This document shows positions 1 through 8,528 of a DNA stretch of 64,000 nucleotides, one piece after another. The notes below the pieces were generated by a model. The model saw nothing but the letters and a program-made list of their open reading frames with translations. It was not told the origin of the DNA and searched no databases. The position numbers and the translations under genes are program-made. The stretch is from Bacteroidota bacterium (GTDB lineage Bacteria > Bacteroidota > Bacteroidia > Bacteroidales > TTA-H9): assembly GCA_003250395.1 (NCBI GenBank), contig QKGM01000044.1, positions 116,550 through 180,549 on the forward strand, read 5' to 3'. Within the stretch, counting starts at the first letter, position 1, and each line of letters begins with the position of its first letter.

Positions 1-390
1 GTTACAGATCAATTTTCTGGTTTTAAGTTCAGTCAAAAGTACATTTTTTTTCATTGCATCCTACAACGTGAGAATTCATCAATAGATTTCAACTGAATAA
101 CGATCAACTGATTTCTGTTGGATACCTGTACAGATTATTGCCTGAAAATATTTTCAATGTGATTGCTATTTAACCTGATAGTAAAAAAACACCGTTGCGG
201 ATAAAGTCTAATGAAGGGTTCTGAGAAGTTGGCAAGAATCAATTCTCATGATCTGATCTGCCAATCCTTCAGAAATAAAACAGCCCCGGGTCAGAGTATC
301 TAAAAAATACCAGAGAATATTTTATTAAACAATCGGCTCAGATCCAAACACTCTTTTTCAGTGGAAAAGGAATCATTTATTGAGTTCGAC

Positions 391-423
391 CGTAGATCAA
401 CCGTAGATCAAGCGTAGATCCTG
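391..423. repeat. 3 x 11-nt direct repeat (CGTAGATCAAC-like)
   Basis: CGTAGATCAAC CGTAGATCAAG CGTAGATCCTG in an ORF-free region. Confidence 0.7.
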
Positions 424-801
424 CGAAGCTCAATCGTGCGGCCAGGCTCCACTCCCGCCTGATTTACGCTTTGTTTTCGATTCATGTTCTTTGAATAGCA
501 TACTTTTGTACTGCAAAAACTGTACCGCGATCGGGTAGAAACTTTATAAAGCAAATAACATGACCGGTTTATCAGATCTGTTCAATAGATAATTAGCTTT
601 CAAATTTCAGGATTCAATTTAGTCTACGGGGAAGAGCGGTCTATTGCACGGAAATCTCGCAATATCAGGCATAAGGTCTTGGTCAGTATGCGGGTTAAGA
701 TGCTTCCGGAATCACACTATTCTTCTCTGCCGGAACAGTTCTCTGATGTGGCACATGATTTAGAATCTCCCCTTCCAACAGCACTTTACTCCCGTTTTTC
801 A

Positions 802-809
802 TACCTTTG
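802..809 (+). promoter_or_regulatory. Bacteroidota-type -7 promoter box (TACCTTTG)
   Basis: Matches TAnnTTTG and lies 18 nt upstream of the ATG at 828. Confidence 0.45.
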
Positions 810-827
810 CATTAAAATATTCAATTT

Positions 828-1862
828 ATGTCATCATTTGACCCGAACGGCGTTGCTGTGGCCAATGGCAATTTTATGGGACTTCCATATACCTCTTCTG
901 AAGCGCAAATTGTTTTGCTACCGGTTCCATGGGATGTCACAACCTCATACCGTCCCGGTACATCATCAGGGCCGGCAGCCATCATTGAAGCATCGCTTCA
1001 GCTTGACCTGTATGATACTGATCTGGCTGATGCCTGGCGAAACAAGATAGCTGTACTAGAAACCTCGGAGAGGATTATGCAATTGAATACTACCCTGCGG
1101 CCTGTTGCTGAAGAGGTGATCGATTATCTGGCCAATGGTGGAGAAGAAACCGATGATGCAATCTACGGCAAGATTCAGGAAGTCAACAATGGTTCCGCGG
1201 TTCTGAACGACACGGTTTCAAACGTTACAACCGAATGGCTCAACCGGGGAAAAATTGTAGGTGTGATCGGCGGAGAGCACAGTGTTCCACTGGGGCTTAT
1301 CATGGAGCTTGCCCGTCGTTATACCAACATGGGAATACTTCACATCGACGCCCATGCAGATTTGCGCGAAGCATATGAAGGATTTACCTGTTCACATGCC
1401 TCAATCATGTTCAACGCCCTGAAGCGTACTTCCATAAAACATCTGGTGCAGGTATCGGTGCGGGATTTTTGTCAGGATGAGATTGATCTGGCAGGTAAGG
1501 ATCCACGGATCAGCTTCTATACAGATAATCAACTAACTTCGAGACAGTTCGAAGGGGAAACCTGGGACAGGTTGTGCGACGAGATTATTTCGAAGCTTCC
1601 GTCTGAGGTGTATATAAGCTTTGACATCGATGGACTTTCACCCGATCTTTGTCCTAACACGGGTACCCCTGTACCCGGAGGCCTAACATTCAGACAATCA
1701 GAATACCTTTTAAGAAAACTGGTTCGATCAGGACGAAAAATTGTAGGATTTGATTTGTGCGAAGTTGCACCTGGCCCCGATGGTTCGGAATGGGATGCAA
1801 ATGTTGGCGCACGGGTTCTTCAGAAACTCTGTAATCTTACTACCCTTTCTCACCAGGTTTAA
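828..1862 (+). CDS. Arginase/agmatinase/formiminoglutamase-family ureohydrolase
   Basis: 344-aa ORF with the family metal-ligand motifs GGEHSV, IDAHADLR, SFDIDGLSPD and DLCEVAP. Confidence 0.85.
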   Translation: MSSFDPNGVAVANGNFMGLPYTSSEAQIVLLPVPWDVTTSYRPGTSSGPAAIIEASLQLDLYDTDLADAWRNKIAVLETSERIMQLNTTLRPVAEEVIDYLANGGEETDDAIYGKIQEVNNGSAVLNDTVSNVTTEWLNRGKIVGVIGGEHSVPLGLIMELARRYTNMGILHIDAHADLREAYEGFTCSHASIMFNALKRTSIKHLVQVSVRDFCQDEIDLAGKDPRISFYTDNQLTSRQFEGETWDRLCDEIISKLPSEVYISFDIDGLSPDLCPNTGTPVPGGLTFRQSEYLLRKLVRSGRKIVGFDLCEVAPGPDGSEWDANVGARVLQKLCNLTTLSHQV

Positions 1863-2287
1863 GCAACATTATTACGATCCACTCCGCTGTCAACATAATC
1901 CTGCGGGTCAATTTTCAATGATTCTTCGGTGAGGGTTCTGAGCACGCTGATATGCCAGGTTACCCCAATACCAACAAAAAGCAGAATGACAGGTATGTAC
2001 CATCGCTGATAAGTAAGTGATGCCGATATTGCCAGTGTAATCCACAGGGTTAGTAATGTCCTTATTTTAGCCTTTCGTGTAATTCCCCTGTGAAGCGTGT
2101 AATTCCGGATATGCCTTCCAAGGTATGGATGATCGAGCAACCATGCACGCCATCGTGGCGAACTCTTCGAGAAAAGCCATACAGCAAGCAAAAGAAAGGC
2201 CGTAGTAGGCAAAAGGGGAATAAATATTCCAATAATGCCCAGCCCAATACTGATGAATCCTGCTATGATAAGTAAAACACGTTTCAT
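1859..2287 (-). CDS. DUF454/YbaN-like small inner-membrane protein
   Basis: 142-aa hydrophobic ORF. GIIGIFIPLLPTTAFLLLAVWLFSKSSPRW..HPYLG resembles the YbaN signature. Confidence 0.75.
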   Translation of the reverse strand: MKRVLLIIAGFISIGLGIIGIFIPLLPTTAFLLLAVWLFSKSSPRWRAWLLDHPYLGRHIRNYTLHRGITRKAKIRTLLTLWITLAISASLTYQRWYIPVILLFVGIGVTWHISVLRTLTEESLKIDPQDYVDSGVDRNNVA

Positions 2288-2317
2288 AAAAAAACCGGAC
2301 TATAAAATGATCCGGTT
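2288..2317 (-). terminator. Intrinsic terminator downstream of tyrS
   Basis: On the minus strand, AACCGGA / TCCGGTT stem followed by a T7 run. Confidence 0.6.
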
Positions 2318-2389
2318 ATTAATAAGGTATTTATTGCCAATTTGTTCAATGGTGCGTATTTAATCATAGGCAAATAATCCGGTATGGAC

Positions 2390-3682
2390 TTACCCGGCAA
2401 TGATCAGGTAATAGTTCTTTTTCCCCCTTTGGGCCAGCAGGTATCGCCCGTTGAGCAACCGTGTGGAATGGATCATGGTATCTTCAGTAACTTTTTCTCT
2501 GTTTATCATCACTCCACCATCTTTCATTGTACGCCGGGCTTCCCCTTTTGAAGGGAAAATGGAGGTAAATCCGGCGAGAAGATCCAAAACGTTACAGCCA
2601 TTCTCAAGAACTTCCTTAGCTATGTCGAAACGAGGTACCCCATCAAACACCGAAAGGAGTGTCTTCTCATCGAGACGGTGAAGTGTTTCAGTGGTTCCTT
2701 TTCCAAAAAGGATTTCCGATGCTTCAACGGCAGCGTTATAATCTGCTTCAGAATGTACCTCACAGGTTATATCATGTGCCAATGCTTTCTGAAGCACACG
2801 CAGGTGAGGTGCCTGAGCATGTTCAGCTTCCAGCGTTTCGATCTCTTCTTTTGATCTGGTGGTAAATATCCGAATGTATTTAGAAGCATCTGTATCCGAT
2901 ACGTTTATCCAGAACTGGTAGAATTGATAAGGAGAGGTACGTTCGGGATCGAGCCAGATATTTCCCTGCTCAGTTTTACCAAACTTTCCGCCATCGGCTT
3001 TAGTAATAAGCGGGCAGGTAAGGGCATAGGCTTCTCCTCCGGCAATACGGCGTATCAATTCAGTACCGGTGGTTATATTTCCCCATTGATCGGAGCCACC
3101 CATCTGAAGCCTGCAGCTATGTGTACGGTATAATTGCAGAAAATCGTATCCCTGAACAAGCTGATATGTAAATTCTGTAAACGACATCCCCTCACCACCT
3201 TCACCATTGATTCTTTTCTTAACAGAATCTTTGGCCATCATATAGTTCACAGTGATATGTTTTCCCACATCGCGGATGAAATTAAGGAAAGAAAATTCCT
3301 TCATCCAGTCGTAGTTGTTAGCCATGATGGCTCTGTTCGGAATCTCAGAATCGAAATCGAGAAAATGGGCAATCTGTGCCTTAAGGCATTCCTGATTGTG
3401 ACGGAGAGTTGGTTCGTCAAGCAAATTACGTTCCTGCGATTTTCCAGACGGGTCACCTATCATTCCTGTAGCCCCGCCAACGAGTACTATCGGGCGATGT
3501 CCGCAGTGCTGCAGATGACGAAGCATCATAAGGCTGACCAGGTGACCAATATGTAGCGAATCGGCTGTAGGGTCGATACCAACATAGGCAGTCACCATCT
3601 CTTTCTGTAACATTTCTTCGGTACCGGGCATCACATCATGGATCATCCCACGCCACCGGAGTTCTTCAACAAAATTCTTCAT
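2390..3682 (-). CDS. tyrS: Tyrosine--tRNA ligase
   Basis: 430 aa. HIGH motif (SLHIGHLV), KMSKS-type motif (KFGKT), C-terminal S4-like domain. Confidence 0.95.
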   Translation of the reverse strand: MKNFVEELRWRGMIHDVMPGTEEMLQKEMVTAYVGIDPTADSLHIGHLVSLMMLRHLQHCGHRPIVLVGGATGMIGDPSGKSQERNLLDEPTLRHNQECLKAQIAHFLDFDSEIPNRAIMANNYDWMKEFSFLNFIRDVGKHITVNYMMAKDSVKKRINGEGGEGMSFTEFTYQLVQGYDFLQLYRTHSCRLQMGGSDQWGNITTGTELIRRIAGGEAYALTCPLITKADGGKFGKTEQGNIWLDPERTSPYQFYQFWINVSDTDASKYIRIFTTRSKEEIETLEAEHAQAPHLRVLQKALAHDITCEVHSEADYNAAVEASEILFGKGTTETLHRLDEKTLLSVFDGVPRFDIAKEVLENGCNVLDLLAGFTSIFPSKGEARRTMKDGGVMINREKVTEDTMIHSTRLLNGRYLLAQRGKKNYYLIIAG

Positions 3683-3701
3683 AACACGCTATTTGAGATG
3701 G

Positions 3702-3709
3702 CAAAGGTA
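3702..3709 (-). promoter_or_regulatory. -7 promoter box (TACCTTTG) for tyrS
   Basis: TAnnTTTG on the minus strand, 19 nt upstream of the tyrS ATG. Confidence 0.45.
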
Positions 3710-3857
3710 ACCATTTACCCTGGTTTTTCTCTGCACCACGACAGAAGCTTACTGTAATTTACCAGGTAAATTCTGACAAAAACAGATATCAGGCCTTAAC
3801 CGGATAAATACATCGGAAAACGTGTAGCTGACCTTCTGATATTCTATTCCAATTTAA

Positions 3858-5051
3858 TCAGCTAATAACAGGGAATCCCGAAGCGTAAGGATATCTAACC
3901 TGATAGAGATCGGTAACCTGATCAAGCAACATTTGCTTCAGGTCGTCGGTGTCGGAACGATTTGCTGCTGAGATAAAAACGGAAGGACCTTTGTCACGGG
4001 CCATCCATGTGTTTCTGAAATCATGCAGAGTCGGTAACCGGGTTTCGGTAAAATTAACAACTTCATCCTCTGCAATCGGATCTGGCAGCAAATCTGTCTT
4101 ATTAAAAACCATGATAACTGGTTTTTCACCAGCTCCAATTTCGCGTAAGGTTTGCTCAACCACAGCAATTTGTTCTTCAATACCGGTGTGCGAGACGTCG
4201 GCCACATGGAGCAGCAGGTCGGCCTCCCGGACTTCGTCGAGTGTTGATTTAAAAGATTCGACGAGTGTGTGAGGAAGCTTGCGGATGAAACCAACTGTAT
4301 CGGACAAGAGAAACGGGGTAGAACCGATAACAACCTTTCGAACAGTAGTATCGAGGGTTGCAAATAGTTTGTTCTCTGCAAAAACATCCGATTTGCTGAG
4401 CAGATTCATCAGGGTTGACTTCCCGACATTGGTATAGCCAACCAATGCCACTCTGATCAGGCGGCCCCTGCTTTTCCGCTGGGTAGTACTAATCTGGTCA
4501 ATTTCACGCAGTTTCTCTTTCAGAAAGGCGATACGATCGCGAATGATACGTCTGTCAGTTTCTATTTCCTTTTCACCGGGACCACGCATCCCGATTCCTC
4601 CACGCTGTTTCTCCAGATGGGTCCACATGCGGGTAAGACGTGGTAACAGGTATTGATATTGCGCGAGTTCGACTTGAGTCCGTGCATGGGCAGTTCTGGC
4701 ACGACTGGCGAAGATGTCAAGAATCAGGTTATTCCTGTCGAGAATTTTACACCCGAGCGCTTTTTCTATATTTCGTAATTGTGAAGCAGATAACTCATCA
4801 TCGAAAACGGCCATCGGAATATTATTCTCCTGTATATAGGCAGCGACCTGCGCCAGTTTACCCGAACCCAGAAAAGTTCGGGATTCAGGAGCAGGGAGTC
4901 GTTGTACAAATCTTCTTGTAACAGTTGCCCCAGCCGTCTCAACTAAAAATTCTAATTCGTCAAGATATTCGTTCGTACGTTCCTCGGGGCATGAAGGAGT
5001 AATAAGCCCTATGATAACAGCCTCTTCGGCTTTTTGAAGATAATCGGTCAT
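3858..5051 (-). CDS. hflX: GTPase HflX
   Basis: 397 aa. HflX N-terminal domain plus G motifs GYTNVGKST, DTVGF, NKTD. Confidence 0.93.
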   Translation of the reverse strand: MTDYLQKAEEAVIIGLITPSCPEERTNEYLDELEFLVETAGATVTRRFVQRLPAPESRTFLGSGKLAQVAAYIQENNIPMAVFDDELSASQLRNIEKALGCKILDRNNLILDIFASRARTAHARTQVELAQYQYLLPRLTRMWTHLEKQRGGIGMRGPGEKEIETDRRIIRDRIAFLKEKLREIDQISTTQRKSRGRLIRVALVGYTNVGKSTLMNLLSKSDVFAENKLFATLDTTVRKVVIGSTPFLLSDTVGFIRKLPHTLVESFKSTLDEVREADLLLHVADVSHTGIEEQIAVVEQTLREIGAGEKPVIMVFNKTDLLPDPIAEDEVVNFTETRLPTLHDFRNTWMARDKGPSVFISAANRSDTDDLKQMLLDQVTDLYQVRYPYASGFPVIS

Positions 5052-5068
5052 TAAAATAAATTAGCAGG

Positions 5069-5076
5069 CAAAGGTA
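5069..5076 (-). promoter_or_regulatory. -7 promoter box (TACCTTTG) for hflX
   Basis: TAnnTTTG on the minus strand, 17 nt upstream of the hflX ATG. Confidence 0.45.
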
Positions 5077-5352
5077 CGGGTTTTGATGTGATTAACAGTA
5101 AGAGGCGGTCAACACGAAGGCAACAGCGAGACTAAGGTGTCCGTTGCTGTACACAATTAAAACGGAAACGAACAGCAAAACAAACGTTTACCTCTAAATA
5201 TCAAAGCATTATAATTATTGGCACGATGTTGGTCTTATGCAACCGGGGGACATATCAGGGAGTCCGGAACTAAAAGAAAGCATTGCTATAGATGCTTTTG
5301 CCTGAATAATTATCATCTTAGTCGTAGCTGAAACCGTTTATTACAGTCGTTT

Positions 5353-7791
5353 ATGTTCAGAACCTTTTTTCTAATTGCCTTTCGAAACCTCTTGAAAAAC
5401 CGGACCCATTCATTGATCAACATCATTGGCCTGGCTGTCGGCCTCACAAGTTTCATGCTAATAGCCCTCTACATTTCAGATGAGATGCGCTATGACCGTT
5501 ACCATTCAAAGGCCGACCGGATATATCGGGTTACACAGACAAGTAATTACGCGGGTGTCCCTGAATATTCCTCAAGCTGCCCTTGCCCCCTTGCTCCGGC
5601 ACTTCAAAATCATTTGCCCTCCTCAATAGAATCTGTTGTCAGGGTATTTAATGACTGGGGAACTGAGTACATGATAGAATATATGCCAGAGAATGGCAAT
5701 ACAGGAGCCCGTCGATTCAAAGAAAGAAAGTTCTATTATGCCGACAGTACCTTCTTTCAGGTATTCGATGCAGTATCGCTAAGGGGAAATCTGTCAGAAG
5801 CACTCAACAGCCCTAACACAGTAGTGATTGCACGTACTACAGCTCAAAAATACTTTGGTGCAGAAGATCCGATTGGTAAAGTTATCAGAGTTGGTAACGC
5901 AATTAACCTGACAGTGACTGCAGTGATTGACGATCCACCCGCCCAGTCTCATTTCACCTATGATTTCATAGCTTCGATCAGCACCCTGCGGAAACATTAC
6001 AGGTCGGGAAAACTACCTGAGACCTGGATATGGAACCCATTTTGGACATACATACTACTAAGCCCGGGAGTAGATAAACAAGATGTTGAAAACTCCTTCC
6101 CTTCTTTCATTTCGAAAAATTATCAGGGGATCGAGAATGCCAAAATAGAGTTGGGATTGCAGCCTGTCACAGATATTCACCTGCATTCATCGCTTGATTA
6201 TGAAATTGAGACCAACGGCCGGATAAGTTACGTGAGGATACTGGGTTTTATTGCGGCCTTTATTCTCCTGATAGCGTGTATAAATTTTATGAATCTGGCA
6301 ACTGCCGCATCGTCGGGGAGAGCCCGCGAGATTGGAGTAAAAAAGGTTTTTGGAGCTTTACGCAGCCGGCTAATGATCCAGTTTATAGGCGAAACCTTAC
6401 TCACAACATTGTTCTCAATGGTACTTGCCTTACTGATGGTTAACCTGTTATTACCGCTCTTCAACAATTTTGCCGACAAAACATTCCGGGTAGAGGATGT
6501 GTTCAGGGCAGGTAATATTTTATGGATGGTTGCGATAGTTGTATTTGTCGGTTTCTTGTCGGGAACCTATCCGGGAGTATTTCTGAGTGCTTTCGAGCCT
6601 ATCAGGGTATTAAAAGGCGATATGAGCCGTGGAACACGTTCAGCATTCACCAGAAAGGTTCTTGTAATAACACAATTCACAATTGCCATGGTTCTGATTA
6701 TCGCCACGTTTGTGGCATTCAGACAGCTTAATTACCTAAGAACAGCTGATATAGGACTAAACAAAGACAATATAATTATGCTCCCGGTAAAGGGGACACC
6801 CTTCGTTTTACAATATGAGGTATTTAAAGCCGACTTATTAAATAATAAAGACATTGTTTCGGTAACGGCAGTTGATTATCTGCCCGGAGTTGACCACAAC
6901 AGCCATGAATTCAAGCCTGAAGGTTTTCCCGACGATCAATGGCAATTTTTCCCGGCCCTGGCTATTCGGGATGATTTTCTAAAAACATTTGAAATTCCAA
7001 TTGTTGCGGGAAGAGATTACATTGCAAAAAGCAAAACCGACCCTGATCAGGGGATACTTATCAACGAGACCATGGTAAAACACCTTGGGTGGAAGAGCAA
7101 TGATTCGGCTCTTGGCAAAAAGTTTAGTTCACTGAGCGGGCATGAAAAGGTTATCGGGGTTTTCCGCGATTTCAATGCCCGGTCGCTTCATTCTAAGCGA
7201 ACCCCATTAGTTTTGAATATTAAAGAAGATGACTGGCAGATTAACTATTTTACGCAATATATTGCCATCAGGGTAAGAGAAGGGGTATCTCCTTCTGTAG
7301 TTCTGCCTGCTATCAGCACATTATGGAAAGAATATGCACCTAATCATCCATTTGAGTATAAAATGCTTTCATCGGAGATTGAAAAACTGTATAATGCTGA
7401 AGAACGGACAGGGCGACTCGCATTTGTGCTTAGCATGCTTATCCTTTTTGTAGCTATACTCGGGCTTTTAGGACTTGCCTCTTTTCTGGCAGAACAAAGG
7501 ACACGTGAACTAGGTATCAGGAAAGTACTGGGAGCCTCAGTACAAACTATTATTTTAATTTTGACGATGGAATTTATGAAACTTGTATTTTTGTCGGCAA
7601 TCATTGCCGTGCCACTTGCCTGGTGGCTTGTTACAGAATGGTTGGCCAACTTTGCATACCAGACAACAATCGAACTCTGGATTTTCCTTTTGGCCATTGG
7701 TTTATCAGGTGGTGTAGCGTTCCTTGTGACTTCTGTTCGGGCCTGGCATGCAGCCACAATGAATCCCGTATCAGCACTAAAATACGAGTAA
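5353..7791 (+). CDS. FtsX/MacB-like ABC transporter permease (duplicated FtsX domains)
   Basis: 812 aa. N-terminal TM helix, large periplasmic domain, and two 4-TM FtsX-type modules. No ATPase gene is adjacent. Confidence 0.85.
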   Translation: MFRTFFLIAFRNLLKNRTHSLINIIGLAVGLTSFMLIALYISDEMRYDRYHSKADRIYRVTQTSNYAGVPEYSSSCPCPLAPALQNHLPSSIESVVRVFNDWGTEYMIEYMPENGNTGARRFKERKFYYADSTFFQVFDAVSLRGNLSEALNSPNTVVIARTTAQKYFGAEDPIGKVIRVGNAINLTVTAVIDDPPAQSHFTYDFIASISTLRKHYRSGKLPETWIWNPFWTYILLSPGVDKQDVENSFPSFISKNYQGIENAKIELGLQPVTDIHLHSSLDYEIETNGRISYVRILGFIAAFILLIACINFMNLATAASSGRAREIGVKKVFGALRSRLMIQFIGETLLTTLFSMVLALLMVNLLLPLFNNFADKTFRVEDVFRAGNILWMVAIVVFVGFLSGTYPGVFLSAFEPIRVLKGDMSRGTRSAFTRKVLVITQFTIAMVLIIATFVAFRQLNYLRTADIGLNKDNIIMLPVKGTPFVLQYEVFKADLLNNKDIVSVTAVDYLPGVDHNSHEFKPEGFPDDQWQFFPALAIRDDFLKTFEIPIVAGRDYIAKSKTDPDQGILINETMVKHLGWKSNDSALGKKFSSLSGHEKVIGVFRDFNARSLHSKRTPLVLNIKEDDWQINYFTQYIAIRVREGVSPSVVLPAISTLWKEYAPNHPFEYKMLSSEIEKLYNAEERTGRLAFVLSMLILFVAILGLLGLASFLAEQRTRELGIRKVLGASVQTIILILTMEFMKLVFLSAIIAVPLAWWLVTEWLANFAYQTTIELWIFLLAIGLSGGVAFLVTSVRAWHAATMNPVSALKYE

Positions 7792-7827
7792 TCAACATGT
7801 TGAATTTTTGCCACTAAACTGTATTTC

Positions 7828-7843
7828 TGGTATGATTTTTGCC
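7828..7843 (+). promoter_or_regulatory. Candidate sigma-54 (-24/-12) promoter
   Basis: TGGTATGATTTTTGCC has GG-N10-GC spacing and matches 9 of 12 specified positions of TGGCACG-N4-TTGCW. It lies 31 nt upstream of the ATG at 7874. Confidence 0.35.
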
Positions 7844-7873
7844 TGAAATAAGCGAATTTTAAAAGAACAAAGT

Positions 7874-8464
7874 ATGAAATCCTTTACGAAATTATTTGGT
7901 ATTGCATTTTTTGCAGCCTTAACGCTGGTATCTTGTCAGACACGTCAGGTTACACGCGTTTCTCCTGACCAGACCATTGATCTGAGCGGACGATGGAACG
8001 ATACTGATGCCCGCCTCACAGGAGAAGCCATGATTCAGGATGCACTTGGGACAACATGGTTAACGGACTTCACGCAACAGGAAGGTAAAAAGCCTGTAGT
8101 AATTGTTGGATTCGTGAAGAATAAGACGTCGGAACACATCGATGCTGAACCATTCATGAAAGATCTCGAACGTGCATTTATCAACTCAGGACGAGTCAGG
8201 TTAGTACAGTCGGGAGAGAAGCGCGAGCAGATCAGAGCAGAAAGGGCTGATCAACAAGATTTTTCTTCAACCGAGACTATGAAAAAATGGGGAAGAGAAA
8301 TAGGTGCTGATTTTATGCTTCAGGGAAATATCTCGCAAATCATGGATAGCTACAACAAAGAAAGAGTAAATTTCTATCAGGTAAACCTTGAACTCACCAA
8401 TATGGAAACGAATGAAATAGTATGGATTGGTGAGAAAAAGATCAAAAAATACATAAATAAATAA
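7874..8464 (+). CDS. LpoB/COG3417-like lipoprotein
   Basis: 196 aa. Lipoprotein signal (LTLVSC). PVVIVGFVKNKTSEHID resembles LpoB-like activator lipoproteins. Confidence 0.55.
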   Translation: MKSFTKLFGIAFFAALTLVSCQTRQVTRVSPDQTIDLSGRWNDTDARLTGEAMIQDALGTTWLTDFTQQEGKKPVVIVGFVKNKTSEHIDAEPFMKDLERAFINSGRVRLVQSGEKREQIRAERADQQDFSSTETMKKWGREIGADFMLQGNISQIMDSYNKERVNFYQVNLELTNMETNEIVWIGEKKIKKYINK

Positions 8465-8477
8465 GAACCAGGCATAG

Positions 8478-8520
8478 CAGCGTCGGAAGGACATACTTTC
8501 CGACGCTGTTGTGTTTTCTC
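8478..8520 (+). terminator. Intergenic hairpin (terminator or attenuator) between the two lipoprotein genes
   Basis: Perfect 11-bp stem CAGCGTCGGAA / TTCCGACGCTG with a 9-nt loop, followed by TTGTGTTTTCTC. Confidence 0.5.
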
Positions 8521-8528
8521 CGATTTTT

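Noticed and set aside
1-54. Possible 5' end of a minus-strand gene (MKKNVLLTELKTRKLICN...) running off the left edge.
   Set aside because: Only 18 codons are visible, which is too little to support a call.
540-800. Possible guanidine or other riboswitch upstream of the arginase-family gene.
   Set aside because: I could not find the conserved ykkC, mini-ykkC or ykkC-III cores by eye. An Infernal scan is needed before any claim.
679-1050. 123-aa plus-strand ORF overlapping the start of the ureohydrolase gene.
   Set aside because: It is out of frame with a well-supported gene, has a low-complexity, unfamiliar sequence, and the -7 box at 802 fits the 828 start instead.
3134-3556. Long antisense ORFs inside well-supported genes (also 3938..4387, 7344..7814, 14020..14331, 16367..16771, 52046..52453, 56711..57076 and similar).
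   Set aside because: These are shadow ORFs opposite conserved genes, with no independent motif or signal.
5219-5234. Sigma-54-like TGGCACGATGTTGGTC upstream of the FtsX permease.
   Set aside because: The -24 half is perfect but the invariant GC of the -12 element is missing (GT instead), so it is mentioned only as a weak candidate within another finding.
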